Assembly: GCA_040954595.2 (NCBI GenBank)
Contig: CM082591.2
Coordinates: 8,112,047 to 8,176,046 of the forward strand
DNA: 64,000 nt
Origin: Balanoglossus misakiensis
Lineage: Eukaryota; Animalia; Hemichordata
Reading direction: 5' to 3'
Shown: piece by piece, positions 49,351 to 61,926 of the stretch
Numbering within the stretch: the stretch's first letter is position 1
Layout: each line of letters begins with the position of its first letter
Translations under genes and position numbers: made by a program
The notes under the pieces: model-generated
The model's input: the letters and a program-made list of their open reading frames with translations, nothing else
The model's database searches: none
Told to the model about the DNA's origin: nothing

Positions 49351-51468
49351 TTTAAGTAAGCTTGTGATATTCTATTAGTTTCTTCTAATCAGGATATTTT
49401 TAGTATGTATTATACAAATACAAATATGGAACTTTCGGAAGTTACTTTGAGTCCATGCAGAAACTCATGGATTTTAAACTTTTGCCACCAGGGGAACTGA
49501 TGCCAAACTTGTAACGCACCCGATTGTAACGCTGCTTCAAAAAAGCCAACAAACGTGAAAAATACCCAAGCATGTATAGTATGACCTTTCACCCATTCAG
49601 CAATGCTAGAAAGAAACGCCTGAGAAGTGAGATTGACATGCCTACAGATGGTACTTGCTTTTGAAGAAGGACTCTTTCTTGCTTTTATTTTGTAAAATCT
49701 GTGTGGCTCCATGTTCATTTGGGGAATGTCTTCACGCGTAATGTTGCAGAGCGCCCTCGCATGGCAGGAGTTGAAAATCCCAGCATTTCCCAAAAACCTT
49801 ACAACAGGGCTAGAAATTGGAGTTTTGATGCATATGGTCAATATGGGACTTAAATGTGTGGGTAAATTCCAAGATCCATTTGACCTATGTTGACCTCATT
49901 AAATATGTGCATATCTAACTCTAGGCTTACTAGAAGGGCTGGAGCTGCAGTTTTTGTTGGACATAGATCAGTATTGGACCAAAATTTTCTACAAAATTTT
50001 GGGTGACCATGGACTGACCCTTGATCTACATCCCCCATATCTCAGCACTCAGAGCAGATTCAGCCTTTGATATTTAGAGGAATGAAACACTTAAGGGGAG
50101 AATCATTTGATTTCTGGAGGGATGGTTGTAGGATTTTTGGATAAAAAAATGTTAGTACCTGTATATGAACAATTACTTAACTGACCATCACCATTTTATA
50201 AAAAACAAACATCCAAAAATGTGTGTCTCCCTACGAAAGACAGAAGTTAAAATCTTTCACACAAACAATGATAATTCGAACTTGTACATGTTCAACTTCA
50301 TCAATCTTAATTTTCTGCCAAGGAGACCAAATAACACTACAATACCTTTTCACATGGCTAATATGCAGTCTTCAAAGTTGAAATATCAAAGTTGGTAGAC
50401 ATACGTTTAAAAACCCTCCTAACAGTACTACTTGTCTTAATAAAGTACGCAAACGACACCTGTATTAAAAATCTTGAAATGGGCAGTTGAATAAAAATGG
50501 TACAGAACCAGTTTATTATTTAACTTGTTTATATTTACATGTACAGCCACAATCAAAGGTCGATAATATGTTTGTGTATACCCATCAGTTAGTTCATTTA
50601 AATGGGCCATTCTAAGTTTGAAAATAAAATCATGAAAATATACAAAAAGTGACAGCTATTGGGACTTTAAACATGGCAGGTTTAAATTTAGCAATCGGTA
50701 CAGCACAGCACAGACAACCAACATAGCACGTACATGTACGTAGAACAAAGTCAAATCCATGAAAGAAAGATATGTGGACTTTTGGCAAAGAGACAAAGAA
50801 AAAGTCAAAATAGGAACATGTCACATTGTAAAGATAGGAAGCAGTCACTGATCTGAGTCAGTCGCATCACAATCTAGCCACTGAGGCGCTGGTCTTGATT
50901 AAAACTTTTGTATCAAGTGACAACAAGGGCGCCAAGTTTAGATCGTCCTTCACCGGTATTTATGTTCACAATAAAGTTTTGTTTTCGGGGTGCATAAAAT
51001 TCCGTTCACAGTTCAGTTTTCTCTGGCTGCATCTTGTAAATTTACAATATTGTACAGCGTGCTTGTAATCTCCGTTCAGCATGTACCGGCTATTTGCATA
51101 CTTGAAAAGATTCCAAATTGACATTCCTTGTGGATGTAACTATTCTTTAGGTGGGACTGAAACCCTCCTTCATTTCTTCGCCAAATCCAATTACCAAATT
51201 TGACTTGACATTTTGGATATATTAATATTATACAGCGATAAACGTATCGTTTCAAAATCTGTTTGGTTCTGTAGTACAGCGTCCCGTGTTTGTTTGCAAG
51301 CCACTGTTTGCTCGCCACCCCTATTTTGAATGGATTGTCCCTTAAAACAACAACATGATACCCGATCGACCCTATAATACTGAACCGTGATTTCTAACTT
51401 TGTTCAGAGCTGTAGTCTTTACTCTGGATTTTCTTTGGATTACATATGTATTTTGCGGATATTCCACG

Positions 51469-51514
51469 ATGCAGTCCTTGGCCAGGGCGCTTATTATCAT
51501 CGGCTTGATTTCTG
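51469..51514 (+). CDS. Probable first coding exon of an unidentified secreted or membrane protein (MQSLARALIIIGLIS + phase-1 intron)
   Basis: ATG in context CACGATGC, a signal-peptide-like n/h region and a strong donor CTG|GTGAGT. TATAAT at 51373 lies about 30 nt upstream of an Inr-like TCAG at 51404, in a CpG-rich segment. No convincing downstream exon was found. Confidence 0.5.
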
Positions 51515-53534
51515 GTGAGTCTCGCTCTACTTTTATAACATTTTTTTGCAGAAACGGTGATGTTTCTTCAAGACGGGACGAAGAAATGGGACAACGAACT
51601 TAGAGTGTACACCGTCAAACTTGACATGAGTACACACACAACTACCAGCAATCAACTAGAAGTCTCCTGTGTCGTTTATAACATTCAGGATTCATAAAAC
51701 ATGTTGACTTAAATTTACTCTGTGGACTAGCTTGTAGTTTTTGGTGTTCTGTAGCCAAGACTGTTTTCGTAGTCTGTCTCCTTAAAGATCTGTAAGTGGT
51801 GAACTGAATACATCCACTGTGTGTCGTGGAATTTTCAGACTTCAAGTTTTGTCTGTCGTTGTCACCGTGCACTTTACCCCCAACCAGAAAGGTTCTTCTT
51901 CGAGTGTTTGTTTGCTGAATCGGCGTACACATGTGATGTTTGTCAAGTTACCAGCGGTTGTACTCGGTGGTCACATAAAACGGTCAACTATAATCATCTA
52001 CTTCTTGATGTGTTAGACGCCTGTCTCGCGCCGGTCATTAGCCCGTCTCGGTTGAAAAAAAAATCCAAATCAAGAAAAGATAAAACATGAAGACGTCGAA
52101 GAAATTACATGCGTCAGTGGAAACAAAATCAGCGAATAAGTTTAGACAGTATTTCTGAGATCACTGTTAATCATGACGAGGAACATTGCGAGGGGAAAAA
52201 CTTCAAAATAGTATGATTAGTATATAGAATAAATTAACACCTTCTTAGCATTTGTTTTGACAACGTGCGTCGAGATAATTACCGGCAAGACAGCCAGGCA
52301 ATGCAGCACAACTTGGGAGAACCAGTTCTGGTGTTTTGTCAAGTTCCACCATTGCCCTACATGCCGCGTTCTGAATGAATGAGTAAAAACACTGGCCTAT
52401 TTAAGTTCATATAAACACGTCGCACGCGTGACACGTTGGTTTTACATTATTGGAGTGTAATCAAATATGGAATTCGCAACAGATAAAATAAGTTTGATAC
52501 AAGATTAAATACGGTGCGTGTGACCATGGGCGATCAAAGTGGGGATGAAGAAAGAGAGTTTTTGTGAATCACAAAATCTGAGGGTCTTGCCTACTTATGA
52601 GTTTCACATGTGGTCACTATTTGCAAATATTTTATCTTTAGCGTATTTTGGTTGAAACCTGCAAATGTTTGTGACAATCACAACAATAAAACAATACTGG
52701 TGATATCAAAGAATTATGTAATTATCATAATCAAAGCAATAATTGCAGAACTCATCACCAAATTTTGTGCACGAACTCAGATGCAGGATTTATAGGGCTG
52801 ATTAAAATTGATAAATATGCAAATTGCCATTAATAAACATGACAATTCTAGGCCTGCCTATAAAATGTCTCTCAACGCTGTCGGATCTCTGTCATATCAA
52901 TTTGTAGCACGTTTTGTGAAGTTCGGTGCAATGCATTCAGAAATACACCACTAATTAGAAAAGGTCTTATTAAATATATACAAATTTGGCTTGAAATAAG
53001 GATCTGTTCAGCCATTCTTGAGAAAACGTGCTAACAGACAGACAGACAGACAGACATAAGTCGTTACGAGTCGACATAAGCTCACATGTGTGGACACAAA
53101 ATTTACAGAAATTGTAGCTTTAGGTTAAACTCAAAGAAATGAGATGTGCAGAAGTTATCTATACATGCACTGACAAGTTATGTTATGAACAGAATCTTTT
53201 ATCACAACATTTATTATGAAATAAAACTCGAATTCAGGCTTTGTAAATGAAGCAATCAACTTTAACCCAGATCAACTAACATCACAGAGAAGATAAAAAA
53301 TACAACTTTGTTGGTTGATTGACATCAAAGATAAACTGTGCATTGTTCACCCAACCAAAGAATGTTGTTGATTGATTTAATATCAGTTTATGAATGATTC
53401 CATTGTGAAGTCACACTACCTTCATGGCTGATATGTTACATATTAATTTGTAGACGAATGACTACCAGCAAAGTGTCACACTGCCGTGTACACTACACTA
53501 GTCTGTAAAATTAGTTCTCATCTTTATTGAAGAC

Positions 53535-53678
53535 CACATCATTATCATCGCGGTCGTCGTCATCATCATCATCATCATCACTATCATCAACATCACCATC
53601 AATTCATCATCATCAGTATCATTACCGTTATAATCGTCGTCGTCGTCGTCATCATCATCATCATCTGATCATCATCTG

Positions 53679-53727
<49 letters not shown>

Positions 53728-53735
53728 CCATCAAT

Positions 53736-53802
<67 letters not shown>

Positions 53803-53881
53803 CATCATCTTTATCAGTATCTTTATTATTATCATCACTGTCGTCATCATTGTCATCGTCGTCGTTGTCATCATCATCACC

Positions 53882-53961
<80 letters not shown>

Positions 53962-54040
53962 CATCATCTTTATCAGTATCTTTATTATTATCATCACTGT
54001 CGTCATCATTGTCATCGTCGTCGTTGTCATCATCATCACC

Positions 54041-54096
<56 letters not shown>

Positions 54097-54097
54097 A
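53535..54097. repeat. Compound (ATC/ACC/GTC)n microsatellite containing a duplicated ~180-bp higher-order unit
   Basis: Directly visible; it explains the poly-Met and poly-Ser ORFs. Confidence 0.95.
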
Positions 54098-54524
54098 AGT
54101 GGTTTTATAAGCTAGTTGGTCTGAATAATGATATCTTCAGGGAGCCTTTTTTACAGCAGTAGAGTACACCGGATCTTCATACTTTTCCTCTGAATATTTC
54201 ACAACATGCAAACATATTTTGAAATGTGCACACTCTTTCTGGCAAGAGACTTTTGTGCTGAGAAATGTCACAGGTGTCTACATTGAGCATATATTGGCTG
54301 AATGTTATGCTGTTGGGAGTGTTGTGATATTGAATGGCATGTCAGTTTGATTAATTGAATGATTAGATTTCATGATATCAAGGGTACTCTAGTACTTGTT
54401 TTGAGTCTTTTTGTTAAAGGCAGTATCCTGCTAAATATGTTACTACAGTTTCTTACTCATTTTGCTGGAGTTTCTTTTGATACAGGTATATCAATGCATT
54501 TAAATTTAGTTCCACACTACAGAT

Positions 54525-55125
54525 AGTGACGCAGAGCTTATATCAGATAAGCCGATTGTCCATCGTCCTCATTCTTCCATTGTCTGTCAACAACTGGCTT
54601 CTCTGAAACTGCTTGTTCGATTGCTTTGAAATTTTCTATGCTAGTTCCCAGCGGTGACTTCAATTAGATTTGTTAAAATTGTGAAATTTATATTTTTGGG
54701 GGCATGTTTTCACAATTTAATAATCTTCTCAGTATTCACTAGTCTGATTGCCTTCAAATTTGGTTTGCAGGTAACCAGGGGTAATCTAACTAAGTTCTAA
54801 GGTACATTTGCAGTATTGTTTATTTTTTTGGCAAGTTTTGCAATTGCTGGTAAAAAATGTCTTCAGAAATCCATGTCAGATTGTTTTGAACTTTGGTGTC
54901 AAGGTCCCTGGTGTGATCTTATATTCTAAATCAAATTTGTTGAAATTGTGACAGATTTTTCACTACTTTAGTTTTTATGGCATTGCAATTTTGCCTGTTT
55001 TGTTCTGCTGTCAAGTTTTTCTGCATCTCAAGAGAAGTGTGCCATTTCTTCTGAAGGGGTTGTCTTGTCTATAATGTGAAGTATCATATTAGTAGAGCTA
55101 TATTGGCTGCTTGGTCACTTGCATA
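54525..55125. mobile_element. Degenerate Helentron/DINE-1-like non-autonomous repeat (a similar element near 52600-53100 contains (GACA)n)
   Basis: Internal degenerate subrepeats (CTTCTCTGAAACT...GATTGCTTTGAAATTT) and a microsatellite near the end. Family call from pattern memory only. Confidence 0.4.
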
Positions 55126-55723
55126 AAACCTATTCCTGCTAGGGGTGTTACATGCCATTACCAAGTAGTTGGCCATTTTGAAAACCTTGGCATGGCTCAT
55201 ATTTACAGAATTGAACGTACTTAGCCACAGCTTGGCAAAATGTTTCAATTCTTACTGGTTTTCACCGGTTTGGCTGAGGGTCTTGTATAGGCCCTAGAAG
55301 TAACACACACTTGACAAGTTAACAGGTCTGGGTGCCAGGATTCTAGGCCCCCCTTGGAAATCAAACCAGTTTCAACCGACTTGGCAGGGTTAGGCAGGCT
55401 ATTTGCAAGCAAAGAGCTTCAGTTACTGTTAGTGTACTATCACTAATCACACTTTTCTGATATGTTACATAGTTCAACAAATACTGACCACAGTACTTAT
55501 AAAAGTTAAAACAAGAATTCTATTGTGTTTTCTGCCAAAATTCAGCTAAATTGGTTGAGAATTGAGAGAGTTGAATGGTTTTGAACATGCTCAAAATACC
55601 AGGATTCGAAGATTCCATAGAAGACATTGGAACAGTAAGATTTTGTAGGTGGAATAGCGCGCTTTGAATCTTTCGGTATTCCCTTCAATTCTGTCTCAGA
55701 ATCATGTCAACTTGCCGTAAATG

Positions 55724-55784
55724 CGGCCAGGGAGGCCAACTATTCTTTCAGTGAAGCGCATACAGCCCCAGACATCTAAGGGCA
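55724..55784 (-). pseudogene. Decayed fragment of eukaryotic 18S rRNA
   Basis: The minus strand reads TGCCCTTAGATGTCTGGGGCTGTATGCGCTTCACTGAAAGAATAG, against the conserved 18S TGCCCTTAGATGTCCGGGGCTGCACGCGCGCTACACTGA. Confidence 0.7.
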
Positions 55785-57512
55785 CACCACAATCAAAGGT
55801 ATTGAGATCAGCATTCATAGGTCGTGTATCCTGCTTATTCATATTACTGGTTGAGAATCTGTAAACAACTTTAATATCACTTGCCTTATCTTCTACTTTT
55901 GTGAGGAGAAAAATCACTGGATTCTTGTGTACAGTCAAACCTGTGGCCACCTCAATATAGTGGCCACTTTAATTTGATACAGTCCCTGTGCAATTAAAAT
56001 GTACATTATTTGACCTGTCTACAAAGGCCACCTGTCTATAAAGGCCAGTTTAGGAAAGTCCCTTGGCTGGCCACTATAGAGAGGTTTGAGAGTATTTCAA
56101 TTCATTTCTCATTGCAGAAAATGTCAAAAACATCCCTCATAATATAAATGTGTATTTTGGCAAATAAACATGAAAATGACAGATTTTTTGCATTCCAAAC
56201 TACCTAACGGTTAAATCTTCGTAAAAATGCTACTTATAATGTTGTGATTATGATAATTACATAATTCTTTACTTAAAAGTGTTGAGAGGGAAATTGGTTG
56301 TGTTATTGTTTCTCAATTTGATTCTTAATTATTATCATTTCTAGTTTGATATTTTCTCCAGTATCAGATTTGATCCTGTAGTTTATATCTTGTTGTGGCA
56401 GCCCCAAACGTTCAGGTTCATTTGATCGACTGATTGGCGAAGGAAGCTCGGGGAATTAGTGAAGCATGTTGTGATTCCTGTTTTAATCTCTCAAGCTTTT
56501 ATCCTCGGCTCCACTTTGAGCAGCTGCGTTGTCAACGACGACTGGCTCCAGTGTGACCGGGGCAGATTGTCATCGTGGCTCCACTGTGACTGGGGCAACA
56601 GTCGACCATGGAGACACGTTGAACTGATGAGCTGGGATTGTCAGTATCCGCATGCAGCCAAATAAGACACTGGATCTGAAAATAGAGAAATGCATTTTTC
56701 TCTCAAAATGTTCTGATAAAACAGACTACTGTAAAACACTTTATTTTCGCGAGATATAAAATGAAATAAGCGAACACGAAAATTAATACTCGCGAAACAG
56801 TGGCCTCTCTCGATATTGCGAAAATTTCAACTTGCAAAAATAAAGTGTTTTACAGTACATTTGTCTCTCAAAATGTTCTGATAAAATTGACTATTTATTG
56901 TCTCCTATTTCACATTTAAAAGTTTTGAAGACATTGCTCACTCATGATGAAATTATTTGACACATATAAATATTATTTAGTTATAAAGTAAGATAGGTGA
57001 TATATACGGTACCAACATATCTTTCTTATAAAATAAGACCCCAATTTCTGATATTTAAGTATGTACGTTCGGAAAAAGTATTGAAAGTATTGTCATATTT
57101 TTTAAATATAATTTTTTGGATACCAACATATAAGGGTAATCCAAAAATGAAAAAAATATAGGGTCACCGTGCTTGTTTTTCAATAAAATGGCAATAAAAA
57201 AATACCCTTTTCCCAAAAATTCACTAAAATTCATCTTGAAAAGCCTGAGAATACACTAGTATGTTTACCAACAGATTTTAAATCTTTTTCTATCATTTGC
57301 TTTAATGGGTGCTGGTTCATCTCATGCATGGGCTAAGCCTTTAATACCTGACTGCAAACTGTAGTTGTATAAAAAGACAATCTAAATTCTGACTTGATTG
57401 AGCACAGTTGTCTCAGAGACAGAAGTACCAGTTGATTGTGTTCAAACTTAACAACAGGTATTTGCATTTCCTTTTGTTTGCATCGGAAAAATCTACTTGA
57501 GTTGTCATCACT

Positions 57513-57933
57513 AACTACAAACCCCCGCTTTCCTGAATATTGGGTTAAAGGTATACAGTCACCTCCAATTTACATACGCCCATATATGGCTGAAATGGAG
57601 TATTTGAGGGTTCTAAAGAACGTTTTTTTGCGGGTACCACCCACTGAAAATCTGTGATTGGCTAGATCTCAATTTGCCATGGTAACTATAGCTAATTTTA
57701 CATAGGTGACCGTATACCTCTAAACAGTGAACCCCAACTTTCCTGAATATAGGGCCATTGCAAGTCCCCGATTTCCTGAATATCGGGCCATTGCAAGTCC
57801 CCGATTTCCTGAATATCGGGCCACTACAAATGCTCGCTTTCCTGTATATCGGGCCAATCCAGGGCCATTACAAACCCCCACTTTGCTGATTATTGGGCTA
57901 CTTCTAACCCCCGCTTTCCTGAATATCGGGTCG
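57513..57933. repeat. 33-bp minisatellite (CCCCGATTTCCTGAATATCGGGCCATTGCAAGT) interrupted by a family C MITE
   Basis: About 7 degenerate units. Confidence 0.8.
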
Positions 57934-60659
57934 AACAATGGCTTGCAAAACAGGATGACAGAATGACTCAATTTACAAATCATAAAAAGTCATTCTGAAA
58001 AGGGAGTTGTGCAACAGTAGCTGTAGCCGCAAATGCAGGAAATTCGTCCCTTTGTCTTCAGCCATTCATGGTGGAATCTGTGCCCCTTTGATTTCCACTT
58101 TGCAAGTCACTGTCTGTGCCAGTGTTGACATACTCCCTAGGGCATCCTCTAAGTGTGTCATCATCATCAACATTGGCGTTTGTCGACCCACTCTTGAAAA
58201 CTCCCATTATTTTAACTGGGAGAGTGCATGCAAACTAGAACCATTGTCAAATGATCTCACATCACATGAATATGGATATTGCTAAAAGCTAGATAATACT
58301 GCATTGGAATGCTTTAAGAGGTACGCCTACAGACACATGTGTATACTCAACATGACTACTGGAATTTATGTTTTAATTGTTCTCTAAAACAGCTCTGACA
58401 CCAGAAGTAAACCTTGCACCACCCACCATATTTCTCAAAGTCAACAAATTACACTGGCAGTTTTGTAAAACCACTCTAGATAACATTATTGTCACATTGA
58501 TGTTTCTAATACAACCTGACCGCAACAAGCTCTGAAATTCCATGAGTAGAATTGCTTTTCAACAAATTGTAGCACTAAACAGATCAAGTGAACTATTGCA
58601 TCCTGAATTCTAGGAAGATTTTTTGGTGACTTTAACTAAACCTAAACTAATCCTCTTAGTAGCAGTAATGTTTTTCCAACAAATAGCAAAAGACAAAATA
58701 CAGGCCGGTGACCTCTGACCTACACAATTGAATTCTATCTGTGGAGTGTATTGTGTGACACAAGGCTGGTACCAAGGCCTGCTATTAGAGTGGCCACCCA
58801 AGGCAGTGTCTTCTATCAATACTCTTTTCTTGAACTGCGAACTCGGCGCTGTACAATGCTGTTGAATCAGAAAATCGCACACACACACATGCGCACACGC
58901 TTGCACACACACACACACACAGAGGTACACCTGATGCCAACTCGAGTGGCCTATTTTTAAAGCTAGTAATTTCTAACCCTACCATTTTCTTTCAGCAGAA
59001 CCACCCCTATAATAAATCATCGCCCAGCTATTTTCAAACCTTGGTTAAATTCCAGGGCATGTCTTCAGCTGGATTCTAAATTATCATTTCTCAGCTATTC
59101 CCAGAATGTCTTTGTGGTCCAGATCAGTCAGAAAACATCAAAGCATCCAGTGAAATTCTCATGAATCACTAAACATTGTCTGTACAGACCGATCAAACAA
59201 CATAGTATTGGTAGAGGTGTATGCATGTGTCGTTCACAGCCCCAAGAGCTGCCAAATTTCTTGTTCTTTTTCCCCACACTTAAATACTTTAAATGGAACT
59301 TCTCCCTATCCTTTAGAAAAACGCCATCAAGCCATGTGACTTGTATTTGAATCAGTTTGTCATCTCTTGGTGACACATACCACGATAGCTGCATACTGTT
59401 TGTATGGAGACCGATATGGGTTAGGGACCCGTTTAATAACGTACAGTCACAATCAAGCATCGATAAGGTGTTCTTCATGTACAGTATACCTATCAGTAAG
59501 CTTATTTAGATGGACCAATGTAAGTTGGAAAGTAAAATCATGAAAACAATGCAATTCTTAGCTGGATATTTTGTAAAACCTTACATTCATTCCATACATT
59601 CCAATACTTGTTACTTTGGTCGTAGTCCTAGCTCTGTGTTTTATCGGGTGGTCTGGTTGAGGCATTGCTGTAAGAGTAGACACACAGCCCTGCCACACAG
59701 TGCTATATTTATACTGTAGGAAACTTGTATGGTTTCACCTGGACCTGAGACCTGTGATTGCCTGTTCTCTCTGGCTGTATACTTCATTTAATAGCAGGTT
59801 TTATGTCTTGCAAGTGAGATTAATGAGAAGGGACGTTCTTTGCACATATTTCAACATTACCCAAATGCTGGTATTTTACACACACATTGTACCATATATA
59901 CTGGTACACATACCTATCACAAATGTACCATAGCATATCAAATTCCTTTTTACAATAATCTTAGTTGCAGAATCTGATTATACTAGACGTAAGAGTTATT
60001 GCACTTAACATTTTATTTTTCCGTGCATATTGGAATACTGTACAAAATTCGTCCTCTACATTTATTTTTTGCCAAAACAACAACAAAAGTGACATAAGTC
60101 TTATACACCTATCAGTGTTTTCAGGAACAGGGTGGAGACTGGACCCAACATTCAGGGAATTTGACATTTTTTCTTCCAGCTATATCAAGTTTCCTACTTA
60201 CAAGTGACACTTACAGGGTGTAAAAAACGTGTCAAATACTTAGGGGCTAGGGGAAATATAGGCTACATCATTTGGAGGATTGCCCCAGGAGTGTACTACA
60301 CGATTGCCAATACGTATCTCTGCCAAACTTTGGTGTTTTTTTTAGCAATTTCGTCAAAAATGAGATACCGGTATCCAAGATTCATCCCTTCAGGGTCTAA
60401 AAATTAAAATGGGGTCACATTTTTCTGTCGTGTTTCGACATGGTAATAGTTCTGTGCCTAACCTTGATTTCAACATCCCACGATGCATTTCGTCTTAAAT
60501 TTTCAGTGGTTTGGTGTTGGGTAAAATATCGTTGTCATTAAGAAGTGGATATGAACCAAAAGTGAATTTATTTTATTAATTTTAGGATAAGTAAAATGAC
60601 TAATGTTGATCTTGGACACACACCTGTCCTTATAAAAAGCATAGTCAACCAGTACCACT

Positions 60660-61020
60660 AGTGAAAAAATGCTGACTCAGCAGTATTCTTCAATATATAT
60701 ATCGACTAAATTCGCGGGCCTTGTATTTGAAAAATAGGCGCGGTAACCCCTAAATTTTATTACGGATTTTCATTATACATCTAAAACTTCCATCCCATTT
60801 GTAGGATATGAGAGTAAGAATCTCGCCAAAATGAATAAATGGTAGAGACTGATTATTCATTTCGGCGAGTTTTTCATTCTCGTGTCTACAAACGGGATGG
60901 AAGTTGTGTGTGGTTGAACGTTGATTCACTATATATCCACATGTAGAATAACATAAATTGTGGCTTGTATCAAACATAATTAAAGGAAAAAAGGGAGCGA
61001 GAGAGAGAGACTTTGTCCCT
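60660..61020. mobile_element. Chimeric junction: family E fragment (about 60660-60780) fused to the right part of a family A MITE (about 60785-61020)
   Basis: Homology to 41122-41489 and 16793-17139 respectively. Confidence 0.7.
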
Positions 61021-61583
61021 TTAACCACGGTCAGTGACCGTGCTTTAACTGTAGAGGGGTGGACAATATGAAATTGTTTGTGGGTTTTGAAGATGTTAGA
61101 ATTCCAAAGGGACACCACTAAAATAGCATCAGTGGGCAAGCCAAGAATAATGAAAAACATGCCAAGTGCAAACAAAGTGGGTGGGGGGGGGGGAAATGGC
61201 AACTATTGCATGGATACCATTACTTTGCCTCTTCAATCCAAATACATGTACTTATGGTGGATGATCATTAACAATGTGCTAGCTGGTTGTTCAAAGTAAA
61301 CAAAATTCCATGGAATTGATTTGTTGTCTGTTGATCCATTTCGCAGGCTTTTACAGGTGACCTTGGAATTTGAAAAGGTGACCTTGGAGAGGTCAATGAA
61401 TAGGAACAGTCGGACACAATAAGTTTTGTCAAGCCATCAGTTCTGGTAGTCACATTGCATACCAGATTTCTGTTTGTTTCATGGGTTTGGGAATTTTGTT
61501 TTTTAATTTTAAATGCTGGCAAAAAGGAAATTGTAAACAATTATAGGTGATGTGGAGAGTAAGGTGCCCTACTTTCCCATTAA

Positions 61584-61926
61584 AGGGACAAAGTCTCTCT
61601 CTCGCTGCCCTTATGCCGTTAACTGTGTTTGATACAAGACAGCGTTTATGTTTATTTGGATATATACTGAATCAACATTCGACCACATACAACTTCTATC
61701 ACGTTTGTAGGAAGTGAGAGTAAAAATCTCGCCATTGAATAAATGGTAGAGACTGATTATTCATTTTGGCGAGTTTTATTTCTTTAGTGTCTACAGGGAT
61801 GGAAGGTGTGTGTGGTTGGAGGTTGATTCACTTTATCCACCTGTAGAATAACATTAACGGTGTCTTGTATCAAACATAATTAATTAATGGCAAAGGGCAG
61901 CGAGAGAGAGACGTGACTTTGTCCAT
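61584..61926. mobile_element. Family A MITE
   Basis: TIRs and TTAA TSD. Confidence 0.8.

Noticed and set aside
51642-52090. ORFs on both strands downstream of the signal-peptide exon
   Set aside because: No recognisable protein features; most likely regulatory or intronic sequence.
53731-54098. Poly-Met and poly-Ser ORFs
   Set aside because: These are translations of an (ATC)n microsatellite.
55724-55790. Box C/D snoRNA guide against 18S
   Set aside because: The similarity spans about 60 nt with decay-type mismatches and has no properly placed C/D boxes.
59128-59478. 116-aa minus-strand ORF
   Set aside because: No recognisable domain or splice context.
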